Assembly: GCA_030248215.1 (NCBI GenBank)
Contig: JASANG010001414.1
Coordinates: 372,001 to 436,000, forward strand
DNA from: Enoplolaimus lenunculus
Taxonomy: Eukaryota
Length of the DNA: 64,000 nucleotides
Reading direction: 5' to 3'
The notes beneath the pieces were generated by a model. The model saw only the letters and a list, made by a program, of their open reading frames with translations, did not search any database and was not told the origin of the DNA. This document shows, piece after piece, positions 42,291 to 54,900 of this stretch; position 1 is the first letter of the stretch, and each line of letters starts with the position of its first letter. The position numbers and the translations under genes were made by a program.

Positions 42291-43930
42291 ATAACGGAAA
42301 CGGATAGTAATCGAGATATAACGGAAACTGGTAGTGATCGAGAAAACGGAAACGGGTACTGATCGAGATAACGGAAACGGGTACTGATCGAGATAACGGA
42401 AACGGGTAGTGATCGATATAACGGAAACGGGTAGTGATCGAGATAACGGAAACGGGTAGTGATCGAGATAACGGAAACGGGTTCTGATCGAGATAACGGA
42501 AACGGGTAGTGATCGATATAACGGAAACGGGTAGTGATCGAGATAACGGAAACGGGTAGTGATCGAGATAACGGAAACGGGTAGTGATCGAGATAACGGA
42601 AACGGGTAGTGATCGAGATAACGGAAACGGGTACTGATCGAGATAACGGAAACGGGTAGTGATCGAGATAACGGAAACGGGTACTGATCGAGATAACGGA
42701 AACGGGTAGTGATCGAGATAACGGAAACGGGACTGATCGAGATAACGGAAACGGGTAGTGATCGATATAACGGAAACGGGTAGTGATCGAGATAACGGAA
42801 ACGGGTAGTGATCGAGATAACGGAAACGGGTAGTGATCGAGATAACGGAAACGGGTAGTGATCGAGATAACGGAAACGGGTAGTGATCGAGATAACGGAA
42901 ACGGGTACTGATCGAGATAACGGAAACGGGTAGTGATCGATATAACGGAAACGGGTAGTGATCAAGATAACGGAAACGGGTAGTGATCGAGATAACGGAA
43001 ACGGGTACTGATCGAGATAACGGAAACGGGTACTGATCGAGATAACGGAAACGGGTAGTGATCGATATAACGGAAACGGGTAGTGATCGAGATAACGGAA
43101 ACGGGTAGTGATCGAGATAACGGAAACGGGTACTGATCGAGATAAGGAAACGGGAAGTGATCGATATAACGGAAACGGGTAGTGATCGAGATAACGGAAA
43201 CGGGTAGTGATCGAGATAACGGAAACGGGTAGTGATCGAGATAACGGAAACGGGTAGTGATCGAGATAACGGAAACGGGTAGTGATCGAGATAACGGAAA
43301 CGGGTACTGATCGAGATAACGGAAACGGGTAGTATCGATATAACGGAAACGGGTAGTGATCGAGATAACGGAAACGGGTACTGATCGAGATAACGGAAAC
43401 GGGTAGTGATCGATATAACGGAAACGGGTAGTGATCGAGATAATGGAAACGGGTAGTGATCGAGATAACGGAAACGGGTACTGATCGAGATAACGGAAAC
43501 GGGTAGTGATCGATATAACGGAAACGGGTAGTGATCGAGATAACGGAAACGGGTAGTGATCGAGATAACGGAAACGGGTAGTGATCGAGATAACGGAAAC
43601 GGGTAGTGATCGAGATAACGGAACGGGATCGAGATAACGGAAACGGGTAGTGATCGAGATAACGGAAACGGGTAGTGATCGAGATAACGGAAACGGGTAG
43701 TGATCGAGATAACGGAAACGGGTAGTGATCGAGATAACGGAAACGGGTAGTGATCGAGATAACGGAAACGGGTAGTGATCGAGATAACGGAAACGGGTAG
43801 TGATCGAGATAACGGAAACGGGTAGTGAATGAAATAACAGAAATGGGAAACGGATAGTGATTGATATACCGGAAATGGATAGTGATCGATATACCGGAAA
43901 CGGATAGTGATCGAAATAATGGAAACGGAA
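42291..43930. repeat. 25-bp tandem satellite (ATAACGGAAACGGGTAGTGATCGAG) about x65
   Basis: Highly homogeneous centre with degenerate edge units. Confidence 0.97.
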
Positions 43931-44275
43931 AGGTAACGCAGAACAGACAAGGGTGTTCCCATGAAGGAACAACTTTCCGCGGCAGTTCTATTAAACTTTC
44001 ACAGATGTTTTAGTTTTCTGCTAATACAAGTGAGACGTGAAAATATTCACCGGGCTTCGAAAATTTTAAAGAAAAAAAAGCGGGAGCACCGAAATTACGA
44101 AATTATTTTTAGGATTTTGGATGAATTTCGTAATTTATAGTTAATTGCGAAAAATTGTAGTGTTTCTGTAATGAAAGATCGAGTTTAGATATATACGTGA
44201 TTTACAATTAATTTTAAGCCAATAAATAACAGATTTTTCGGTATTTTCTACACCGGATTGCAATATTGGACATAT

Positions 44276-44527
44276 CACTGTAAATTCCAATGAGTTGATT
44301 AATCAATTCAGCTAGCGAGTTGGTTATTTCTGAACTAATATCAGTAAACATTAACTCACTCTCGGTTGAGTTAATTCTTACTCTGAGTTGAGTTGACTCT
44401 GGGTGAGTTGATTAATTAACTCGGAATGAATTGAATCAACTCAAAATTCTGAGTTCTGATAGTCTTAACTCAGACTGAGTGATTCAACTCATTCTGAGTT
44501 AAAATCAACTCACTGAAATTTACAGTG
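44276..44527. mobile_element. CACTGTAAATTCC-ended MITE
   Basis: TIR CACTGTAAATT / AATTTACAGTG with the same internal sequence as the other copies. Confidence 0.85.
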
Positions 44528-44845
44528 TACCAACGACACCAATTCCGATTTGCGCAATTTCCCTGTCGTAAATCATTAACTTTGTTCTATGGCATGTCTA
44601 CACGAATTTCTAATTAAAACAGAACCTCTGATATGATGCTAAAATTACGTATGGTGGCTGTTTCAGTTTTCTGGCGCTACGGAGGATACTGGCAACAGTG
44701 TGACCTCTCCGGTAAAGAGTTTTTGGGTCCGATTGTGAAAATTATGCGAAATATGTGAATGGTGTAAGGACGGTTTGGTTTATCTATAACATGTTAGATC
44801 TACTATGGCCCTACACGGAGTTTTAAAGCATAGCTAAATGCGTTG

Positions 44846-45005
44846 GGTCAATATATATAAAACACGACCGCAACAGTAGTATAATCATGTTCCTAAGCCT
44901 AAGACTAAACCTAAACCTAAGCAAAAAAAATTAGCCTGAGGCTTAAGCTTATTCTATTGCAGTCCCGCTGAAAAAAACGTTCCGTCCCTGATCTTTACAT
45001 GAGAC
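44846..45005 (-). mobile_element. TTAGGC-bearing MITE, degenerate copy
   Basis: ACAGTAGTATAATCATGTTCCTAAGCCTAAG...AACGTTCCGTCCCTGATCTTTACATG. Confidence 0.75.
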
Positions 45006-46129
45006 GCCGTACCAGATCTTTGTCTCATGTCAGACGTTAATGTTGTTGTTATGTGCTGATTCGAATCCAGAGAGATGCCAAACGGCTCAGCCACTCTAAA
45101 AAAGTATTCTACGTGTTAGAAAACGCTTTGCCCTGCTTGTAAGCTTGTTTTAATTTGCTCCGTGTAAAATTGTTTCAAAGCCTCCATGGCTTTAACTACA
45201 GTGAGCAACAAGCACCGACAGTGTATTCTGACACTACTTTAACATGGAGGTGCCAATTTGAATTTTAGATGATAATAAGAGTTACCTGTTCGCCTACTTT
45301 GTGTGGTAAACAGATTTTGAAAACTCCATAGCCGTGCTTGGATGGATGTTGTCCATTTGAAATACTGATATAATGGATCATCCACAATATAATGTCCAGA
45401 CGGATGCAAAAATGTCCAATCTCTTCAATTTGATTGGGGGTACAAAACAGCGCTGCAATCCGATATTACAAGAGAAAAGGATGAGAAAGTAGACATAGAA
45501 TAAATAATTTGCAGAAGTGCGAGGCCAAACAAGTAATCAAAGAAATTGACATTAATAAAAATATACAAAAACATTTTTTACCCGTTTTCGTTGCAGAATT
45601 ATTTTCAAATCGTAAGCCAGATTAAAAACAGTAAAATTATGCACAAATTGCAGCATACGCTGAGTAATGCTATCACATTATCCTTTCGGTTTGAGTAAGC
45701 CAGATTACCAGCAAACAAATTTTGTAGTACTTAAGTACGTGCTAAGTATTTACTTAACCATTTTGTCATTTTTCAAAGCGTACTTTTAAGTTAAGTAAAT
45801 ACTTAAGTTGGTGACTAAATTTTATATACTACAAATTAACCCATCAGCAATACTATAACATTGGTCTAATTGAAACTGTATGATCATGGTGTCTCATTAT
45901 TATAAAGCAAAACATTACTTTCTTGTTGTGACAATAGTTGACATTTGGTTCTTTTATTTGGCTTTGCCCGACAATAAAAGTACTTAAGTCATCGACATAA
46001 GTTATTACATAGGTATAACTTAAGCAAATACTTAAGTAAGTTTTCAGAAACCCAGTCAACGTTTCTTTTCATTTACTCGTTTGCCGCACTTAGTGTAAAA
46101 CCTGTTAACATTGGCCCAAAAGTAGCAAG

Positions 46130-46192
46130 GCCTAAGCCTAAGCCTAAGCCTAAGCCTAAGCATAAGCCTAAGCCTAAGCCTAAGCCTAAGCC
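46130..46192 (-). repeat. Interstitial telomeric array (GCCTAA) about x10
   Basis: Direct reading of the sequence. Confidence 0.9.
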
Positions 46193-46629
46193 CACGCAAG
46201 GATCTCAGATATGTTTCTGGTGAGCTTGGAACGTTTGTAAGTAGGGCGGAAGGAAGCTAAATTTTTCTAGCCGGATGCTGAGCCTCATCACTCCCTCTGG
46301 TTACGGATCAGCAAGAAGAGGCAGTGTAAATTTGACAGTTTCGCGAAATAAAGCAATGTAACTGCCAACGCTAATTTTTTGCCAATTTTTTTATCCAAAT
46401 TTTGAACTTAAAATTCAATTTAAAGTTCAAATCAACTAGCGCATCTGCTAATCAAACTATCTTGAAATTCTGAATGTTAATGTGATGCTTCAACTTTGCG
46501 TTTAAATATCATATTTTACGAAGAAATTTTAAAAAATGTGTTGATTGCTCACTTGTTCAGCATCATAGTTGCTTGTGCCAGTTTGATTGAAAAATAAGCT
46601 TGTCTATTATTAAATTCATTAAAACTAAT

Positions 46630-46841
46630 GGCCAATGTAAATAAAGGCGCGGAGCAGTATTATAAGCATATTCTGAAGCCTAAGCCTATGCATAATCCTA
46701 AGAATGAACATATACCTAAGCCTAAACCTAAACCTAAGCAAACGAAAAAATTAGTCTAAAGCTTTAGTCTAACGCTTAAACTTACTCTTCTGTAGTCTCG
46801 CAGAAAAACGTTCCGCCCCTAATCTTCAACTGGGCCAGGCC
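46630..46841 (-). mobile_element. TTAGGC-bearing MITE, full copy
   Basis: GGCCAATG left end; TSD aaactaat at 46622-46629 and 46842-46849. Confidence 0.85.
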
Positions 46842-47407
46842 AAACTAATGCAATTTCCGATAAAATGCTTTGGGTTATGGCTAAATTGATGCACTAAGTT
46901 TAGTTTCAATTCTAACTTCGCAATCTTAATATTCCATTTAAATGCGTTTGAACTCATAGCTCGCGTTTTATGTTGAGCGTTGCTCATATTTGAAACGCAA
47001 TATCAGAATGGTCAAGCCTATAAGCGTGAACATAGGATTATATAAGCTTTAAGACTGAGTGAACGTCTAATATGCTTACCGCTATGCTCTGGTCCTATTC
47101 TGTACTTAAGCCTTGAGCATTTTGTGCAATAGTACACAAAATACCAGTTTTTGTTGATCCGGCTGGTGTTTTAAAAACAGGATATGAAGGCGGTTCTTGC
47201 AACAAAAGCTTTTAGAATTAACGTCAGAAGTCTTCAAGTGAATCCGAAGTATTTCCAAAGTTGTAATTTGTGAAAACCATGTAATTAATTGCAGATATCA
47301 CGTAGTTTTTGCAATTTGTACCAACTTGTGATTGCAAATTTTCGGTTATTTCACGTGTCACTGCAATAAATTGTGTAATGAACAGGGGTATATACTATAC
47401 AATCTGT

Positions 47408-47562
47408 GGCCTATGTAAAGATCAGGAGCGGAGAGTTTTTGTGTGCGACTAGAATAGAGTAATCTTAAGCTTTAGACCAATTTTTTTGCTTGGAATATGC
47501 TTAGGCTTAGGCTTAGGATTTTATGCATATAATACTGTTCCGCCCCGTTCTTTACATTGACC
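47408..47562 (+). mobile_element. TTAGGC-bearing MITE (an opposite-orientation copy lies at about 47646-47826)
   Basis: GGCCTATGTAAAGATCAGG ... CCGCCCCGTTCTTTACATTGACC. Confidence 0.8.
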
Positions 47563-48958
47563 CAACTGTTATCCGTTCACCTCAATTAAACTCTGCAGTT
47601 TTAATCAAGCGAAAACCTTTTCAAAGTTGTTCACTTGTTATAAACGGCAATGTTCAGAACACTGCCGTTACAGTAGTATAAGCATATTCCTAAACCTAAA
47701 CCGAAGGCAAAGCCCAAGCGTTAAGAACGAGTATATACCTAAAGTCTAAGCAAACAATTAGTTTACAGCTTAAGCTTACTCTATTACAGTTCCGCAGCGT
47801 TCTCGCCTGTGATGTTTACATGGGCCACAGCTTGTAAGCAACTGTTAGGTTTTTTTACAAACTAGATAAACTAGTGATACCAAAATTTTCTGGCTGTTTC
47901 ACGTGTTTGTTGCCGGCATAATTAATATCATTAACTCTACCGTGCAAACTGCTATCCTCGCACCTCAAATAAATTTAATTTTAAACTTGTAGTCACGGCC
48001 TAATTTTTATTAAATTTGAAAAAAACAACACTTAAAACTTGTATGATCAATTACTACTCAAATTTGTCTCAGTTGGTGCACCTGAAAATAATCAATTACC
48101 CTTGCTTAGCGAAACAACTGTCCATTTCTATATGCGGCACGTTGTACGTATCAACTCCATTTGAAGGCAAACCCTATACCCCCAGCTCTCTTACCACAGT
48201 GCAAATCGGTACACTAACAAGTGCACGCAAATTGTATCTGTAAAACGGTTTGGTAGACTCAGGATTTCCGCAAACAGGGTACACATATGTATTTGCAATT
48301 ATCATTACATTTTGATAAAGAATTTCATTCGGCAAAAGCTTGCTATCATAATGCTACATCAGAGGTTGGTTACATAAAATTTGGCTTGCAAAAGTTTGTT
48401 GAGCGACAAAACCCGTATAAAGCACACAGTGGGAACTTTGTAGATTTGTTTTGCCAGTTTTACAACGGAGCCACACCATACACTGGCTGAAGATCGCTTT
48501 AATTGCGTAATCGTACTTATAGGTTGGCGGTTGTAAGCCCTTCAAGTAGTTTGAATAAAAATTCAGGTACAACATGAAATTGGCTAATTATTGGGATAAT
48601 ATTCGTGTGGTGCGATTAAAATTACCTGTTTCCGCTTTTGCAATAAAATTATGTAATGTTGATCTTCGAATTTTTGGCAATGTTTTCACATTTATCCTGT
48701 CTTTCTATTGTGTTGAATCGAAACAGTGGTAAACACGATTGTATAAGGATTTATTACTAATTTGTAATAGCTGCTACACACAGGTTGAGAATACGTCTGA
48801 ATGTTGTTCACAGGTAAAACTACTACTAAGTCGTAAAATTAGCGTCTAAGTCTATGCTTTTGTCGACAATGTTCTAGACTTCAATAACGTAAGCGTTTCA
48901 TTAGCTAAATTACTGTTTTAAATGTATTTTATTAGCTAAGTAATTATTAATCATAATA

Positions 48959-51900
48959 ATGAGTACCTCAAAACAAGCAAATACGTCAAGCGATGCAGAA
49001 TTAGCCAATCGGCGTTCGGTCAAAGATAAATGGAAAAAAGGTTTTAAATCAGTTAAATCTCGTGGATTTAAAAAAGTAGACGAAGTTGAAGGGCAAGCGG
49101 GTACGTCAGGTTCTGGAGTGACTCCTGTACATGAAGACGCTGAAGAAAGTTTCACGGGTATGCAAAGACCGACCTCAATGGAACGTGGGGCGTCTATGAA
49201 AGTACGAGGCGGTGCTGCACCCGGAGCGACAAGAAAACAGTCGGCTCCGGTTGGCGGAAAGCAAAATAGTTACAAGGGACATTTACTTGTACCGTTGCAC
49301 CAAGAGCGACTTTGTGCATGTTGTAGTCTAATGGTGGCAGGTATGTCGTGGTTGTAAACTCAAGCCGGGCCAGTAGCCTGAGGAGGGCCAGGATAGCCTC
49401 TGTCCCTGGATGAATTTTGGTTCCGTCTGAAAAAATTTTAACCTTGCTTGTAAGTCATCGAAAGCCATCGTACGCCGCTTCTGAAAAATTTATACTTCTC
49501 TAGCAATTGAGCTGGCAATGGGTCCGGCTGAAATCTGTCTAAACTTAAGAAAGTTTTTAGATGACTTAAGCCCAGTAAATTCTATTTTCCAGCTAGTTCT
49601 TCTTAGGGCTACAAATTTCACGTGTATGTATATTTTACCATACCTACAGTGCAACTGATTAAAAAGAACCTTAGCCGGTCCGCCAATGTATAAAACAGGA
49701 CCGTAACAGTAATATAAGCATAAACCTAAGCCATAGCCAAAGTACAAACAGAAAATTTGTCTGAAGCTGTAAGCTTACTCAATTGCAGTTTCACAGAAAT
49801 ACGTTCCGCCCCTGATCTTTGCATGGGCCAGCCAGTCAATGGTAAAATATTGACCCGTTCATAGTTTTAGTACTAAATGCTTGGTTTAGTGCTTTTATAC
49901 AAATTTTAGTGCCAGACAATCCAAAAACCAAAGGCATGAAATGCGAGTTGTGTAAAATTAGTTTTCATTCACTTTGCCAAGAAGACGTCCGAGAGTGTAA
50001 AGCGTTGATGGATGAAGTAAGTACTGGGGGTAGAAATATGAACCGGCAGACGTTGTATATCCCTGCCGGAAATTTCTGGTGACAACAATATTGCATTTTA
50101 ACAGGCTTTTGAATAACCTAATTCTGTTTTATAAATGAGGTTATGCCCACTCGAAATGAAACCCTGTCTATGCTCGCTGACAATGACTTACAGCGACAGC
50201 CCCATGTCCGGATCGAATGATTTTTGTTGAGATGTGGTAAAAATTCCGTTGCTTTTTTGAACTGTTAGCAGATGTTATCTATTTCGCGTGATATTGACGT
50301 TCATGCGGCATTTATTTATACCAAAAGGGGATGATCACTCTTTAACTATAGTGTGCAACTATCAAAATTACCATCGGGTGTTGCGTTATTAGTGGACCAA
50401 CCTTATTTAGGGCGGGTCGCTATCCCTTGCAATACCCATAAATAAAACTAAAACGGAGCATTTTTGATGCCGTATACACACAGTGCCATGGTTCGTACAG
50501 GTTGTATGTACCCCCTCTAAATAGGGGGGGTAGACCAAAAGCGCAACGCGTGCCGGGTACATTCTTGCCTACACAGAATGTTGCCGCATACATACAATGC
50601 CATGGTTCGCACTGGTTAAATATACCCTATCTAAATAAGGGGGGGTAGGCCAAAGTACATTCTTTTCTGCACAGAATGTATCCAATCACATACTCTTGTT
50701 GAAGTATGCATCATCCACTATTGTTTATACTAAAGAATCGTTTTTGAAACTGATATTCAATCATTTCAACCGCCTGCCAAATGTCATTCAGTTAGTGATA
50801 GCAGCTGAACTAATCCAGTATCTAAAATTATGAAACACAGCGAAAAATTTTCTCGATTGTTGACGCTTTTAAGCTTGGGATTTCAGCCCATGTAAAGATC
50901 GCGGGCGGAACGTTTTTCTAGAAAGGAAATTTTAATTTGATACCAATCAACAACTCGACCGTTCATTGGCTGAGAAAAAAGCAATTTAAATTTAGCTTTT
51001 GAGAAAACGCTTTCAACGCATGGGTCGTGAATATTCGATATCATCAGATCAATCAGACGAACTGTTGCCATCACCCTCAGGGACTGTGCCTAGTCCTGGC
51101 GGAATTAAACCAAAACAAGGTGAGTCACTGCTGTTGCCCGTATACAATTCGAAGATAGTGAGATCGACATATATCTGCTGAAATTTGTAAAAAGCACTCG
51201 AAAAAAGACACTTTTATAAGCTGTACAGTAACATACGTTTATTTTCATTGAAAATCTGTCCAAATTTTGACTGCAGTTTTGGGAAAAATGCAATTTTCAA
51301 GATTGTGCGCCGTCCCATTTGTTTGGCCGGACAAATAACTGGCAAAGATTAGTTTAGGGTTCAAGTATAAACAGCACAAAATTCTAGAACGTCTTAGAAT
51401 CATTATATGTTTGCCTAGGGTCCTCTGTGTTGATCATCTGATTCATTTTGAATAGCACAATAAAATCAAATACACACTCTTAACTGCTGGTGTCAAATCC
51501 TAGAATATGTTGCCAAATTTAGACTGAAATGTCAACAATATTTGACAACTTTTCTTCTAAGCTATAATATTTAACACATCATTCAATAGGTATATAAATC
51601 AATATTGTAAAGCTGGGATGCCCCACATATGTATTTTGGGCAGCGTTTCCAGGGCAGAATAAAATTAAGCCTGACAGGTATTTAGCTATAATAGTAAACG
51701 TAGGTTCCTATACTTCTCTATATTGTTCTAAATTAGAATTTGCGGTAATATAATTTACGCTTTATAGCATATCCTAACTTTTCCAAGTTCTGTGGTCAGT
51801 TAAATTTAGACTGATTAGCAATAATCTTGCAAAACATTTAATATACTTGCAAGCAGTCCAGCATATATCAGAGTTGCACATTTTGTACCACTATTCGACT

Positions 51901-54900
51901 AATTTATGTGTAATGGCTGAGTATTATATATTTATTTTTGCCTGGTGCTAACCTACGGTGACAATTCGGTATTACGATAATGTAGATTCAATTTTTACCT
52001 CATTAATTAAAGAGAATGACGTTGTTTTAGACGTGGATCCTGTATATTATTTGCTAAAACAAGCCAAACAAGTCACAGCTGGCATGATTCCAAATATTGT
52101 TATGGATAGTGCGGTAAGTGAAAAAAGTGGAAAACAGTATGAACCGTTGTATATTTACAGTAAACGTTTGTAGAAAACAACGGAACGGCTCGGGCAAACC
52201 TTGTGGATGCTGGACGGACTTGGACCCAAAGCTTGAAAGCACGGGCCTAAGCGGACAGGGCCCTGGCTTAAGCGGATAGGTTCAAGGCCTAGGTATAAGG
52301 TTTCACAGAACATCCAGAGGAAGATAGGCGGGAGAAGATTTTGGGTGCCTGTAGCTGATGTGTCATGAAGCATGTTTTCCGGTGAGGTAGGGTCGATGTA
52401 TGGCAGAGGGTGTAAAAAAAGTGTTGACCCTATCTCAATTGCGTGTCACAGTCCGGTTTGTGACACATGTTGACGTAAGGTGAACGGAAAAATTTCGTTG
52501 AGTTACGGCTAACTAGTGGTTGTTAACTCTTGAATACGACACATTTTGTGGACACAGCCGAATTTTGTATGGTCAGAACGGCGTGTTATTGAAATTAAAT
52601 TTATATTTGAAGTCTTTGAACTAAATTATATATTGTTTTAGGACGGCGGGGAAGGGTCAAGTCTTCAGTCACAATCGCGCTCAACTTCAGGTTACCACAG
52701 TGGCTCACAACTCGCGCCCCCGGGTCAAAATGGTTCGTGAGTACATTGCATTATAATTTGGCAAGACTTCACATTATTGTGTACACTGTCGCATAGTAAA
52801 AACTGCTTGCGAAACTTGTTTAAGCAATTTTGTAATGTTGGCCCATGTATAAAGAGTACGGGCGAATCGTTTTTCCGTTGAACTGCAATAGAGTAACCGT
52901 ACGCTTAATTTTGTTGCTTAGGCTTAGGCTTTTACGTGTAGGCTTATTGTTCTGCTTAGGCTTAGGAAATTGGCTTATACTACATGTACGGCCCTATTAT
53001 ATACATTGGCGGTAACATTCAACAGCACGGCAATGGCTTTAATTAGATTTGTTAACTAATTTAAAAACATATTGGATTGAAATAAGCGAACGAAGCGGTC
53101 ATCTAAGGTATGGATTAGCTGTAGAAATAAGTAAATCTGAACGCTTTATGAGTTAGTGGGTAGTGTGTAGTTGGTAATTGTGATAATGGCGCTGAATTGA
53201 AACGCTTCGCTATAGGCCCGGAGCCAGCTCACCTTGCTAGGGGGGTAAAAAAATTTTCAGGAGGGGCATTCAAGGGTTTTTAACGACATGCAAGCAAAGT
53301 TGAAACTTTTCCAGGGGGTTCCAAAATTTTTCCAGGGGAGACTGCGCCCCCCCCCCCCGCCTCCCCTGAGCTACGGGCCCGCGCCGCTAGTACAAATATG
53401 TTGCCGCTCATAACAACGCCCATCAAAATATAATACTTTCAAATTTTTTTTTGCAACGCATCGCATATTATGATTTCTGTTCGCAATTTTGTAGTCTAAT
53501 TAATATTTTCACACGTACAAGTTGCAGATGCAAGTTCCGATGCAAAAACTGACGCATGCAATTTGCAGTTGCAATTTCTCGCTGCAAACACTTGCACGTG
53601 TGAATGCGACTATAATTTAAACTCGTATTAATAAATTGTGGCGTTTAAGCGCAAAATTTTCACGAAATGGAAATTGCTGTGCTCGATGGCCCATGTATAG
53701 AACAGGGCCGGATCGTTTTCCGGCGGGGCTGTAATATAGTCAGTTTAAGCTTTAGACTAACTTTTTTGCTTAGGCTTAGGCTTAGGCTTAGAAATAGGCT
53801 CATCCTTACGCTTAGGCTCAGGTTTAGGCTTAGGAATATGCTTATACTACTGTTACGGCCCTGTTCTATACATTGGCCTGCTCGATACCGCTGTATTTGC
53901 CTGAACCTAACTATATGTTGATTGTTTGAGGTAGCTCAGCACCAACCCTTTCGTCACTGAAGTCTGTCTCAATGGATTCACAAGGGAGCGATTATGGAAG
54001 CGACGGACAGCCGAGACGGATTTCACGTTAGTTTTTTGTTTTAAAACTAAAATTTAATAAAACAATGAAGTATAATTAATTTTGCCAAATCTTTGATTAT
54101 TTATAAATGCTGAAACATATGTAAGTACATTCTGGTTCAGTGTTTTACGGTCTATTTAGGCTATTTTCACAACATTTTAAAATTGCTCCAAAATTCGTAA
54201 GAAGTTTCGAAAAAATGGCATCTATAGCTTTGTTACGTTTACAAACCATATAATTCAAGGTAATCATTCGAACAGATTACGATATTTTTCTATCTTCCTA
54301 ATTCAGCGATTTTACTGCAATGCATTCCTGACTACGCATACAAATAGGATTCAATTACGCGGTATTGAAAATTGTTCAAAATCTTATTTTCAAACTGAAT
54401 TCTGTTTTCCACCACCGTTTCACTCCTTATTGTGGACCCTGCGTTACTTGTATAAATTACTGTTTCATCTTTCAAACGTTTTTGAACTCCCGAATGTAAT
54501 AACCCATATTTCATGTTTTGTAAACATACACAGTTCTGTCAATATATAGAACAGGGCCGTAACAATAGTATAAGCATATTATTAAGTTTAAGCCTAAGCT
54601 TAAACCTAACATTGAGCTTACATCTAAGTCTAAGCTGAAGCAAAAAATTAGTCTAAAGCTTAAGCTTACTGGTTTGCGGTCCCGCAAAAAATGTTCCTTC
54701 CCTGATCTTTACATGGGCACATGTTTTGGTTCTAAAATTTTGTTTCAGCAATGAGTGCAAGCAGTACTGGTTCGTTGGGTGGCGTTATGAGACGTGGCAA
54801 AGCGCCGAGTCATCTCAACCAACACAGTTCTGTTGATACTGACGACAGCGCGTTGCCAGGATCACCGTGTTTATCGGTACTGCATTTTAAAAAATGCCAT

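Noticed and set aside
42291..43930. CRISPR-like array
   Set aside because: Units are contiguous with no unique spacers, there are no cas genes, and the context is eukaryotic.
42267..43972. Long minus-strand ORFs of 232-558 aa
   Set aside because: The 25-bp satellite unit has no stop in any minus-strand frame; all three frames give the same 25-aa repeat, and indels shift frames freely.
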